From Macrostomum lignano (lineage: Eukaryota): a stretch of DNA of 64,000 nt. The notes beneath the pieces are model-generated. The model was not told the origin of the DNA, did no database searches, and saw only the letters and a list, made by a program, of their open reading frames with translations. The DNA lies in contig NIVC01002892.1 in NCBI GenBank assembly GCA_002269645.1, positions 62,001 through 126,000 of the forward strand, given 5' to 3'. The position numbers and the translations under genes are program-made. Numbering within the stretch: position 1 is the stretch's first letter; every line of letters starts with the position of its first letter. Positions 14,040-25,164 of the stretch are shown one piece after another.

Positions 14040-14775
14040 GCCTGGCAACCATGGGGTTGTACTTCAAGCCCACCGACAGCCGAGCCCTCATCCACTGCGG
14101 CTCCTTTCATCCTATAAGCGGAAGTCCCAGCTCCTCAGGTACGCCCGGCAGTGCTCCCGGGTGGCCGACTTCGACGTATAGCGTGCACCGGGCTGATGTC
14201 GAATCTGGTGCAGCACCAAGGCTACAGCCGGTATACGACTGACTGAGCTGGGCTTCTACCCGACCAGGCGGTGGGAGCCCTGGCTGCCATAAGGTGAAGG
14301 ACAGGATGACACGGCACTGCGAGACCCCGGTGCTGCCCACCTACACCAAGGCGAGAAGCCTCCGAACTCTATACCTCTTGACGAATTTTCTCGCAGCCTT
14401 TTATTCAAATTCAAACTTTTTATTTACCTTGCCTACTTATTTTCATGCCTTTTATTTTTTCAATTGTTATCTTACACTAAAAGGTTGTTTAGGCCCGGCC
14501 CGCTTGTAATGTTTTAGCCACCCTCTGCATTTCTCAGAGTCTCTGACTCGTTTTAATTTTACGCCTTGCGTACTGTTTTATTCTCTTGTGCACTCCCTCT
14601 TTATCGATTTTTCCTCCCTGGCGTTATCGCCTTGACGGCAATTCGCGCTAAATAAATTTTATTCGCATTCTGCCCTGACCGGACGAACAGTAAACCTACT
14701 CGAAATATCGGCAATAATAAATTTATTGACTTATCAGCCCTTTTTCATCGTGTCAGCGCCTGATATTGGAGGTGC
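14040..14775 (+). mobile_element. Degenerate Penelope-like element fragment (RT thumb/linker remnants, internally deleted) inside the CT satellite
   Basis: GLYFKPTDSRALIHCGSFHP (from 14051), then, after a shift, SQLLRYARQCSRVADF, then LPTYTKARSLRTLYL. These resemble Penelope-type 'LYRKPTD...S.HP...SQ.LR...CS...F' and 'aYrr..nLr..L' motifs. Recognised from memory, not by HMM. Confidence 0.55.
14671..14713 (+). ncRNA. Candidate minimal type I hammerhead ribozyme (non-canonical core) at the end of the Penelope-like fragment
   Basis: TGCC-CTGA...AGTA-AACC-TACT-C-GAAA-TA-TC-GGCA: stem I TGCC/GGCA, stem II AGTA/TACT, palindromic ATAT in place of stem III. CUGA is not followed by the canonical NGA. 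Confidence 0.35.
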
Positions 14776-14778
14776 CCT

Positions 14779-16385
14779 CCTCTCTCTCTCTCTTTCTCTC
14801 TCCCATCTCCGCCTTCCCATCTCTCTCCCATCTTCACTTTCCCATCTCTCTCCCATCTCCGCCTTCCCATCTCTCCCATCTCCGTCTTCCCATCTCTCTC
14901 CCATCTCCGCCTTCTTATCTCTCCCATCTCCGCCTTCCCATCTCTCCCTCATCTTCACCTTCCCATCTCTCTCATCTTCACCTTCCCATCTCTCCCATCT
15001 CCGCCTTCCCATCTCTCTCCCATCTCCGCCTTCCCATCTCTCCCTCATCTTCACCTTCCCATCTCTCCCTCATCTTCACCTTCCCATCTCTCCCATCTCC
15101 GCCTTCCCATCTCTCTCCCATCTCCGCCTTCCCATCTCTCTCCCATCTCCGCCTTCCCATCTCTCTCCCATCTCCGCCTTCCCATCTCTATCTCATCTTC
15201 ACCTTCCCATCTCTCCCATCTCCGTCTTCCCATCTCTCCCATCTCCGTCTTCCCATCTCTCTCCCATCTCCGCCTTCCCATCTCTCTCCCATCTTCACTT
15301 TCCCATCTCTCTCCCATCTCCGCCTTCCCATCTCTCTCCCATCTCCGCCTTCCCATCTCTCTCCCATCTCCGCCTTCCCATCTCTCTCCCATCTCCGCCT
15401 TCCCATCTCTCTCCCATCTCCGCCTTCCCATCTCTCTCCCATCTCCGCCTTCCCATCTCTCTCCCTCATCTTCACCTTCCCATCTCTCCCATCTCCGCCT
15501 TCCCATCTCTCCCATCTCCGTCTTCCCATCTCTCTCCCATCTCCGCCTTCTTATCTCTCCCATCTCCGCCTTCCCATCTCTCCCTCATCTTCACCTTCCC
15601 ATCTCTCTCATCTTCACCTTCCCATCTCTCCCATCTCCGCCTTCCCATCTCTCTCCCATCTCCGCCTTCCCATCTCTCCCTCATCTTCACCTTCCCATCT
15701 CTCCCTCATCTTCACCTTCCCATCTCTCCCATCTCCGCCTTCCCATCTCTCTCCCATCTTCGCCTTCCCATCTCTCTCATCTTCACCTTCCCATCTCTCC
15801 CATCTCCGCCTTCCCATCTCTCTCCCATCTCCGCCTTACCATCTCTCCCTCATCTTCACCTTCCCATCTCTCCTATCTCCGCCTTCCCATCTCTCTCCCA
15901 TCTTCGCCTTCCCATCTCTCTCATCTTCACCTTCCCATCTTTATCTCATCTTCACCTTCCCATCTCTCCCATCTCCGCCTTCCCATCTCTCCCATCTCCG
16001 TCTTCCCATCTCTCCCATCTACGCCTTCCCATCTCTCCCATCTCCGGCTTTCCATCTCTCCCATCTCCGCCTTCCCATCTCTCTCATCTTCACCTTCCCA
16101 TCTCTCCCATCTCCGCCTTCCCATCTCTCCCATCTCCGTCTTCCCATCTCTCCCATCTCCGCCTTTCCATCTCTCCCATCTCCGCCTTTCCATCTCTCTC
16201 ATCTCCGCCTTCCCATCTCTCTCATCTTCACCTTCCCATCTCTCTCATCTCCACCTTCCCATCTCTCCCATCTCCGCCTTCCCATCTCTCTCATCTTCAC
16301 CTTCCCATCTCTCCCATCTCCGCCTTCCCATCTCTCCCATCTCCGCCTTCCCATCTCTCCCATCTCCGCCTTCCTATCTCTCTGC
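14779..16385. repeat. CT-rich minisatellite (CCCATCTCTC / TCCGCCTT / TCTTCACCTT modules), right part
   Basis: Tandem 21-25-bp modules; strongly pyrimidine-skewed + strand. Confidence 0.95.
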
Positions 16386-16722
16386 CTTCTTGCTCATCCA
16401 ATGATATTTACCAACTAATTGTGGTAGCAAACAAATATTTTTGTGAATTCATTTTAGTTGACATGCTCATAGAATGATAGAAACAATTGCCAACAACAAG
16501 TCATACCTGCCTTAAACCTGGGCAATACAAACGTATAATAATAAAAATGTAAATATTTTGTACATAACATTATAGCAAGTCAGATAAGCTTAAATAAAAT
16601 AGTTAAATCGAAAATAGAGCTTCTCTGTATATTTAAAAACTATGTACGCTCGTACAAAGAAGGCGGAGCTTTGAGCAGGACTATAATAGTAAGCTGCACG
16701 ATATTAAATTATCACACCTATA

Positions 16723-16942
16723 CGAGGGTAAACTGCAGGAACTGACTGATGAAGAATACTCTTCACTTTCTCGTGTCGTGGGCGTGTCGTTTTCGAGAGG
16801 CTTAATAAATGTAATATTATACTTCATACTCGCATAGATAGAAGGCCAAAAGCACGCAGTCATTGAGTCCGCCTTATTATACGTCACAATAAGCTATTTT
16901 ATTAAGCTGATGTAAATAGCTGTCATGCAATTTCATCCCGCG
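16723..16942. mobile_element. Possible degenerate Tc1/mariner-like MITE flanked by TA
   Basis: Left end TA-CGAGGGTAAACTGCAGGA; the right end reverse-complements to TA-CGCGGGATGAAATTGCATGA (imperfect inverted match). Confidence 0.3.
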
Positions 16943-17147
16943 TACGAGTATATATTGGATAAGATGGGATGGCTCCTTTATCATTAAAATCTCTTTAATT
17001 ATTTTTTAGTTTGAGTCGCCTTTTCTTTCTTTGACTCAGAGAGCTTTATTAGGCGTCATAACTTGTGCAATTTGTACAATTTGAAAATGAGTCTAACTAT
17101 TTCATTTATACTATTGTTCGATCCTCTGCTTAATTACCTACTGCCTA

Positions 17148-17990
17148 CCATCTCTACCCTCCCTGCCCTCTCTACCCTCCCTGGCCTCTCTACCCTCCCT
17201 GGCCTCTCTACCCTCTCTGGCCTCTCTACCCTCCCTGCCCTCTCTACCCTCTCTGGCCTCTCTACCCTCCCTGGCCTCTCTACCCTCTCTGGCCTCTCTA
17301 CCCTCCCTGCCCTCTCTACCCTCTCTGGCCTCTCTACCCTCCCTGGCCTCTCTACCCTCCCTGGCCTCTCTACCCTCTCTGGCCTCTCTACCCTCCCTGC
17401 CCTCTCTACCCTCTCTGGCCTCTCTACCCTCCCTGGCCTCTCTACCCTCTCTGGCCTCTCTACCCTCCCTGCCCTCTCTACCCTCTCTGGCCTCTCTACC
17501 CTCCCTGGCCTCTCTACCCTCCCTGGCCTCTCTACCCTCTCTGGCCTCTCTACCCTCCCTGCCCTCTCTACCCTCTCTGGCCTCTCTACCCTCCCTGGCC
17601 TCTCTACCCTCTCTGGCCTCTCTACCCTCCCTGCCCTCTCTACCCTCTCTGGCCTCTCTACCCTCCCTGGCCTCTCTACCCTCTCTGGCCTCTCTACCCT
17701 CCCTGCCCTCTCTACCCTCCCTGGCCTCTCTACCCTCCCTCAGGCTCCCCCTGCCCTCTTTACCCGCCCTGCCCCCTCTCTACCCTCCCTGCCCTCTCTA
17801 CCCTCTCTGGCCTCTCTACCCTCCCTGCCCTCTCTACCCTCCCTGGCCTCTCTACCCTCCCTGCCCTCTCTACCCTCCCTGGCCTCTCTACCCTCCCTCA
17901 GGCTCCCCCTGCCCTCTTTACCCGCCCTGCCCCTCTCTACCCTCCCTACCCTCTCTACCCTCCGCACCCTTTGCCTCCATTCTCTCTACA
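17148..17990. repeat. Minisatellite, 18-bp unit CTCTCTACCCTC(C/T)CTG(G/C)C
   Basis: Tandem units; the LSTLPG/LSTLSG translation is an artefact. Confidence 0.95.
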
Positions 17991-19089
17991 CTCTCTCCAC
18001 TCTTTACCCTTCCCTTTAATGCTTAAGTGTCGTCTTTGCGCCCACCCAGACCGAAGGAAAAGTACAAGACCAGAAAACTCGACTATCAGGAAATTCTCTC
18101 CTTAGTCCCCTTACATAATATTTCTCTAATCTCTATAGATAATCTCCTTCCTCATAGCAGGCCTTCCTTGGTCAGATATTACTTTAATAGCAACAACAAC
18201 TAAGCGTAGTAACTAACTCATGCAGTTTTGCTTCACGACCCCATGCAGCTCATTAAATAAATTGTTCGTTTGCTTAGCAAAGTTTAGCAGTTGCCCAGCG
18301 CCTATACTAAAGTAAGCTAAAAAAATTTATGAAAATTATAGTAGCCCAGCTATGCTGCATGGTGCCTTGAAGTATAGAAGGAAATGTAAATGACTGACAA
18401 TCTCTGTACGTCCTATAGTTGCACAGGCCATCGACTATTATTAAGGCTGTATAGTGTTTCAATTCAAGCTTCTTTTTTTGCGGAATTTTCTGCTTTTTAA
18501 AGCCGCGGTTATATAAGCTAGGCTAATGTATAGTTGGAAGTAGTAAAGAGTTGGCCATGGAGAGCGGGGCGGGGGTGGGAGGGTCTGCCCGAGTCCTGCT
18601 CCTGCATATGCTGCATACCTTACTAAGTATTGATCCGGTGGGGGGCAGAGGAGGTTCACAGCCTGTCTCTCCTTTTCGCTCAGTTCGGCCCAACAGGGCC
18701 ACCGTAATTCCGCACTGCATGCCTCTGCCCTGCAGCCTGTGCCAAACTCTACCCCATGGTGTACACTGCACTATGCTAAATGTACACCCGCTGCTGCTGC
18801 AGTTCCTAACCCTGCTCTTCTCTGCCTGTCCCTAATCCTCCCTCTCTTTAGCTGTCCCGCGGCCTCTCTCTCTCGCCCTGGCCTTGCTTCATTTTTAGTT
18901 TTCTAGTATATTCCATCCTTCTTTCGCGCTCTCTCTCTCTCCCCCTCTCTCTCTCTGCTTTGGTGGGCCTACTGCATAAACCAATACTAATGTTATACGG
19001 CTTGTCCTTATGACATTCTTTAAACTGACTAACTAGAAATGCTGTGCATTCCATTGAGTAAAGTTTATTTCAAATATTTCCTCATGGAG

Positions 19090-19323
19090 GGCCCTACAGG
19101 GACATCAGGGCGGTGACCATGGCCCTCTCGGGTCATGGCTGTTTTGTCTGGCATCGTTACCTCCAGGGGAAATCCGCAGTGAGGAATGCCCTTTCTGCCT
19201 CTCGATGGTGTTGAGAATGCGGAGCACTTCATCTGTGAATGCCCCGCCTTTACTCAGGACAGGCTCACTTTTCAGGCCCGAGAATCTTTGCCAGCTCGTC
19301 CGCTACAGAAGGGCTACCGGGTG
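19090..19323 (+). pseudogene. 3'-terminal remnant of a LINE ORF2 (C-terminal CCHC zinc-finger region; I/R1/LOA-type)
   Basis: Reads RDIRAVTMALSGHGCF...EECPFC / DGVENAEHFICECPAFTQDR across a frameshift, ending ...RYRRATG-stop. Matches the 'TGHG...CxxC...eH....C.a....R' signature. Confidence 0.65.
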
Positions 19324-20039
19324 AGCGACCATCCACCTCCTGGACTCTCCGGAGGGGAACCGCGCTGCGGACGCCGGCACCACCGGACGCCGCAAAACCG
19401 CAGGGGCGGCGAAAGGGCGAAATTGATCGAGAAATGTTTCATATATTATAAGCAATGGTATGTGGTGTATGTAGAACTTGGGATTTGGAGGGCTTTGAGA
19501 ATCTTTTAGAGTCTATACTTATTTTAGTCGATGCAGTCAAAGTCTATAATAATCCGAAATCTCCCGTCAATCTCCTCGATTTTTCTCCCGAACCGTTCGT
19601 TCTATACAGCCGCTCCCCGCACTGCAAGAGATGACTCAGCGCTCGCCTCCGCAGCTTTTGGGGAAATTGGGATTTGGGGAATGCAGTCGCGTAATCCCCT
19701 CGGGGGGAGAGGGGAGGAGTGGGGTAGGTTAGGTATACTGAAACTCCCCCACTACAGAGCCTACTCCCCTCCCCGCTTAGCCCGCCTTCCCCACCAAGCC
19801 AGCCTTGCATGCACAGCAGAGCCCATCGAGAAATTCGGACGCATGCAGGGGGGGGGGGACACAGACACATACAGCTGGGGGAAGGCAGTCAATATTATAT
19901 TTTTCCTCAAGTGGATTCCGCTCCGCTAAGTAGTATGTGGGCAGTCCGGTTTTATAAAGTTTCTTGCCATTTTCATGTGCGACTGCTGGGTGAGCTCAGA
20001 TCACAGTTAGTAGCCTTAGGGATGACATTGTCATTGGAA

Positions 20040-20435
20040 GGGGTGACAGTAGCGCTAGATGGGGTGACAGTAGCGCTAGATGGGGTGACAGTTGCGCTAG
20101 ATGGGGTGACAGTTGCGCTAGATGGGGTGACAGTAGCGCTAGATGGGGTGACAGTTGCGCTAGATGGGGTGACAGTAGCGCTAGATGGGGTGACAGTAGC
20201 GCTAGATGGGGTGACAGTAGCGCTAGATGGGGTGACAGTAGCGCTAGATGGGTTGACAGTAGCGCTAGATGGGGTGACAGTTGCGCTAGATGGGGTGACA
20301 GTTGCGCTAGATGGGGTGACAGTTGCGCTAGATGGGGTGACAGTTACGCTAGATGGGGTGACAGTTGCGCTAGATGGGGTGACAGTTACGCTAGATGGGG
20401 TGACAGTTGCGCTAGATGGGGTGACAGTAGCGCTC
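20040..20435. repeat. Minisatellite, 21-bp unit GATGGGGTGACAGT(A/T)GCGCTA
   Basis: About 19 tandem units. Confidence 0.95.
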
Positions 20436-20475
20436 TAAAGCTGACGTTAGACCCAGCTGGATTGAAAACGTCGCC

Positions 20476-20704
20476 AGGGGTGCTAGATAGGTGACAGGGG
20501 TGCTAGATAGGTGACAGGGGTGCTAGATAGGTGACAGGGGTGCTAGATAGGCGACAGGGGGTGCTAGATAGCTGACAGGGGTGCTAGATAGGCGACAGGG
20601 GTGCTAGATAGCTGACAGGGGTGCTAGATAGGCGACAGGTGTGCTAGATAGGCGACAGGGGTGCTAGATAGGCGACAGGGGTGCTAGATAGGCGACAGGG
20701 GTGC
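20476..20704. repeat. Minisatellite, 20-bp unit GGGGTGCTAGATAGG(T/C)GACA, related to the 21-bp array
   Basis: Tandem units share CTAGAT and TGACA with the preceding array. Confidence 0.9.
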
Positions 20705-21099
20705 CTATGTTGAGATCTGGCAGGGGCAATCAAGAAACTGGAGACATTCCGCCAAAACTCATGGACCAGGTAGGAATATTTGATTTGAGAATTAATAAAT
20801 AGTAATTCTATTTGTAGCCAACAGTTTAAATTTCCCATCCCTATGAAGCATCGAATTCAGCTATTGGGAAAACCAATATGCTGACATGGCCTCAATATAC
20901 TTTTAATAACCTCTATGCTTCATCTCGCAGACATGAGACAGTCCAAGCTCCTCCATTGACTCATACGCACCCATATAACAGGGACTACATAGCAGGAAGA
21001 AAAGAAATTAAGCAAAAAAATATTAAACTATAAAAATCTTTAAAAAACTAAAACTCACTGTTAGCGATCGAAAAAAAAATTATAAAATCGTGGTGCTAA

Positions 21100-21609
21100 T
21101 CTGTGTCAGATGCTGTAAGTGTCCATCTGTGTCAGATGCTGTAAGTGTCCATCTGTGTCAGATGCTGTAAGTGTCCATCTGTGTCAGATGCTGTAAGTGT
21201 CCATCTGTGTCAGATGCTGTAAGTGTCCATCTGTGTCAGATGCTGTAAATGTCCATCTGTGTCAGATGCTGTAAGTGTCCATCTGTGTCAGATGCTGTAA
21301 GTGTCCATCTGTGTCAGATGCTGTAAGTGTCCATCTGTGTCAGATGCTGTAAGTGTCCATCTGTGTCAGATGCTGTAAGTGTCCATCTGTGTCAGATGCT
21401 GTAAGTGTCCATCTGTGTCAGATGCTGTAAGTGTCCATCTGTGTCAGATGCTGTAAATGTCCATCTGTGTCAGATGCTGTAAGTGTCCATCTGTGTCAGA
21501 TGCTGTAAGTGTCCATCTGTGTCAGATGCTGTAAGTGTCCATCTGTGTCAGATGCTGTAAGTGTCCATCTGTGTCAGATGCTGTAAGTGTCCATCTGTGT
21601 CAGATGCTG
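21100..21609. repeat. Minisatellite, 26-bp unit GTCCATCTGTGTCAGATGCTGTAAGT, nearly invariant, with an internal hairpin
   Basis: About 19-20 units; CATCTG-TGT-CAGATG inverted repeat in each. Confidence 0.96.
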
Positions 21610-22127
21610 CACATGCCCAGTGAAACAGTAAAGCGACCAAATGATTACAAATAGTTGAGGAGTAAAAGAGGGCCAAACGGGATCGAAAGGGAAAATTGGC
21701 AAGCTGTGGCGGCGGGGGGTTCGCAAGGATCGGGTTGGGCGCGGGGGATTTTGGGGGGGACAAAGACCTATATTTTGCCTCCGGCCCTCCCCTCCGCCCC
21801 GCTAAAGCTTCCTCCTGCGCAATATTTGGCTTTTAGAGAGGGGAGAAGGGGCCAAATCAAGTGGGGAAGGCGCGGGCGAAGACCGGAATAGAATTATCCC
21901 ATAGGTCCTGCATGCTAAATATGTACGAGCGTATTTTGGGGAGAAAAATCCCCCATGGGAATTGGCCGCCTGCTTTCAGCCGAGCTCAGCTCATTATGCA
22001 CCAACGAGCTTCATTTGTGCCTGGCTTTGATAGCTGGGTGGAAACGGACTACCTCTGCTGAAGCCGAATCAGCTTTGCCGTGCGTGAGCGGATTGCGGCT
22101 TAGATTTCCCCTGCGCTGCGGTGCAGT

Positions 22128-22921
22128 CCTGCCGCCTGTCTGCTTGTGCCGCCTGTCTGCTTGTGCCGCCTGTCTGCTTGTGTGCCGCCTGTCTGCTTGT
22201 GTGCCGCCTGTCTGCTTGTGCCGCCTGTCTGCTTGTGTGCCGCCTGTCTGCTTGTGTGCCGCCTGTCTGCTTGTGCCGCCTGTCTGCTTGTGTGCCGCCT
22301 GTCTGCTTGTGTGCCGCCTGTCTGCTTGTGCCGCCTGTCTGCTTGTGTGCCGCCTGTCTGCTTGTGCCGCCTGTCTGCTTGTGTGCCGCCTGTCTGCTTG
22401 TGTGCCGCCTGTCTGCTTGTGCCGCCTGTCTGCTTGTGTGCCGCCTGTCTGCTTGTGCCGCCTGTCTGCTTGTGTGCCGCCTGTCTGCTTGTGCCGCCTG
22501 TCTGCTTGTGTGCTGCCTGTCTGCTTCTGTGCCGCCTGTCTGCTTGTGTGCCGCCTGTCTGCTTGTGCCGCCTGTCTGCTTGTGCCGCCTGTCTGCTTGT
22601 GTGCCGCCTGTCTGCTTGTGTGCCGCCTGTCTGCTTGTGCCGCCTGTCTGCTTGTGTGCTGCCTGTCTGCTTCTGTGCTGCCTGTCTGCTTCTGAGCCGC
22701 CTGTCTGCTTGTGTGCCGCCTGTCTGCTTGTGTGCCGCCTGTCTGCTTGTGCCGCCTGTCTGCTTGTGTGCTGCCTGTCTGCTTCTGTGCCGCCTGTCTG
22801 CTTCTGTGCCGCCTGTCTGCTTGTGTGCTGCCTGTCTGCTTCTGTGCCGCCTGTCTGCTTCTGTGCCGCCTGTCTGCTTCTGTGCCGCCTGTCTGCTTCT
22901 GTGCCGCCTGTCTGCTTCTGT
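22128..22921. repeat. Minisatellite, 18/20-bp unit GCCGCCTGTCTGCTT(GT/CT)GT (resumes at 23360-23465)
   Basis: Tandem units interrupted by the foldback element. Confidence 0.95.
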
Positions 22922-23358
22922 GGGGACGCTTTCATAAGACCTAAATTTCACATCGCCTAAAACCACCACACTTCACATCGCCTAAATTTCATATCGCCTA
23001 AATTTAACAACGCCTAAAACCACCACACTTCACAACGCCTAAATTTCATATCGCCTAAATTTAACAACGCCTAAAATCTTTGCCTCTCTCCTTCACATTC
23101 AGTTTTAGGTGTTGTGAAATTTAGGCGATATGAAGTAGGATGCATTTTCGGTTTTAGGCGCTATGAAATTTAGGCGATATGAAATTTAGGCGATGTGAAG
23201 GAGCGTGCAGAAATTTTAGGCGTTGTGAAATTTAGGCGTTGTGAAGGAGGCTGCATTTTCGATTTTAGGCGTTGTGAAATTTAGGCGTTATGAAATTTAG
23301 GTGATGTGAAGTCATGTGCTTTAGGCGTTGTGAAATTTAGGTCTTATGAAGCGCCCCC
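22922..23358. mobile_element. Foldback/MITE-like element with long modular terminal inverted repeats
   Basis: TTCATAAGACCTAAATTTCACATCGCCTAAA (22931-22961) matches the reverse complement of 23320-23350 at 30/31. Outer ends are GGGGACGC and GCGCCCCC. Arms are built of CGCCTAAATTTC subrepeats. Confidence 0.8.
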
Positions 23359-23489
23359 CTTGTGTGCCGCCTGTCTGTTTCTGTGCCGCCTGTCTGCTTC
23401 TGTGCCGCCTGTCTGCTTCTGTGCCGCCTGTCTGCTTCTGTGCCGCCTGTCTGCTTCTGTGCCGCTTCTTCTTCTTCTGCTTCTTGTGT

Positions 23490-24546
23490 CTGCGATTCTG
23501 TCTGTCTGCAATTCTGTCTGTCTACAATTCTATCTGTCTGCAATTCTGTCTGTCTGTCTACAATTCTGTCTGTCTGCAATTCTATCTCTCTGCAATTCTG
23601 TCTGTCTGTCTGCAATTCTATCTGTCTGCAATTCTGTCTGTCTGCAATTCTGTCTGTCTGCAATTCTATCTGTCTGCAATTCTGTCTGTCTGTCTGCAAT
23701 TCTATCTGTCTGCAATTCTATCTGTCTGCAATTCTGTCTGTCTGTCTGCAATTCTATCTGTCTGCAATTCTGTCTGTCTGTCTGCAATTCTATCTGTCTG
23801 CAATTCTGTCTGTCTGTCTGCAATTCTGTCTGTCTGTCTGCAATTCTATCTGACTGTCTGCAATTGTGTCTGTCTGCAATTCTGTTTGTCTGCAATTCTA
23901 TCTGTCTGCAATTCTATCTGTCTGCAATTCTATCTGTCTGCAATTCTGTCTGTCTGTCTGCAATTCTGTCTGTCTGCAATTCTGTCTGTCTGCAATTCTG
24001 TCTCTCTGCAATTCTGTCTCTCTGCAATTCTATCTGTCTGCAATTCTGTCTGTCTGTCTGCAATTCTGTCTGTCTGCAATTCTATCTGTCTGCAATTCTG
24101 TCTGTCTGTCTGCAATTCTGTCTGTCTGCAATTCTGTCTGTCTGCAATTCTGTCTGTCTGCAATTCTGTCTGTCTGTCTGCTATTCTATCTGACTGTCTG
24201 CAATTCTGTCTGTCTGCAATTCTGTTTGTCTGCAATTCTGTCTGTCTGCAATTCTGTCTGTCTGCAATTCTATCTGTCTGCAATTCTGTCTGTCTGTCTG
24301 CAATTCTATCTGTCTGCAATTCTATCTGTCTGCAATTCTATCTGTCTGCAATTCTGTCTGTCTGTCTGCAATTCTATCTGTCTGCAATTCTATCTGTCTG
24401 CAATTCTGTCTGTCTGTCTGCAATTCTATCTGTCCTATCTGTCTGCAATTCTATCTGTCTGCAATTCTATCTGTCTGCAATTCTGTCTGTCTGTCTGCAA
24501 TTCTATCTGACTGTCTGCAATTCTGTCTCTCTGCAATTCTGTCTGT
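23490..24546. repeat. Minisatellite, 16/20-bp unit TCTGCAATTCT(G/A)TCTG(TCTG)
   Basis: Tandem units read directly. Confidence 0.95.
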
Positions 24547-25164
24547 CTTGGCTTCCTCAGAGATTCGTCATTAGCTGAACTGAGACAACCCTTGGCGCCA
24601 TTGTGGCAACCAAGTCGAATTTACCAACCTGTTCTTACTCCTTACTCACCTTAGTAACAATTTCTAATAATTTGAAAAATCATTAACATTTCTAAAATTC
24701 AACAGCTCAAGCGTAAGATCTTGAAACTTCAAGAATTAATTTTAATAAGTTAGGCGACTAATAAGTTTGCTCTGACCATTGTTGACAATAGATTGATTGT
24801 AATGATGGCAATCGGAACCACTTAACGAGGCAAGAGCTGGATTGATTAAAGAAAGCGATTGAGCCAATCCATGCTGGAACAATAGTTAAGTATGGCCTAT
24901 ATTATACACGTATAGCTAAGATATGTCATTATAGGGTATTGGCATACACCATGTAATTCCATGACACTGTTCAAACACCACTAAAGTATTGCGTAATAAC
25001 TCCTTATTATTAACTGGGTGGGGGGCGCCCAACGTTAGCCTGTCTTGCTGACAGGCGGTTCCTGAAAACTCGGCAGTCACCTCACTGCACACTGTAGTTC
25101 ACCTAAGCAATGTTTTGTCAAGTATATTGTAGAATCTGGCTGGCTTTAAATAAGACTAGGTACT

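Noticed and set aside
16746-16770. CTGATGA resembling a hammerhead core
   Set aside because: There is no downstream GAAA in the correct position, and the TGA is taken up in a TGAAGA/TCTTCA hairpin.
21100-21609. CRISPR-like palindromic repeat array
   Set aside because: The units are contiguous with no unique spacers, there are no cas genes, and the context is eukaryotic.
14726-24578. Ser/Pro-, Cys- or Arg/Glu-rich ORFs over the CT, 18-bp and 16/20-bp arrays
   Set aside because: Stop-poor repeat units give open frames on several frames and strands at once; these are artefacts.
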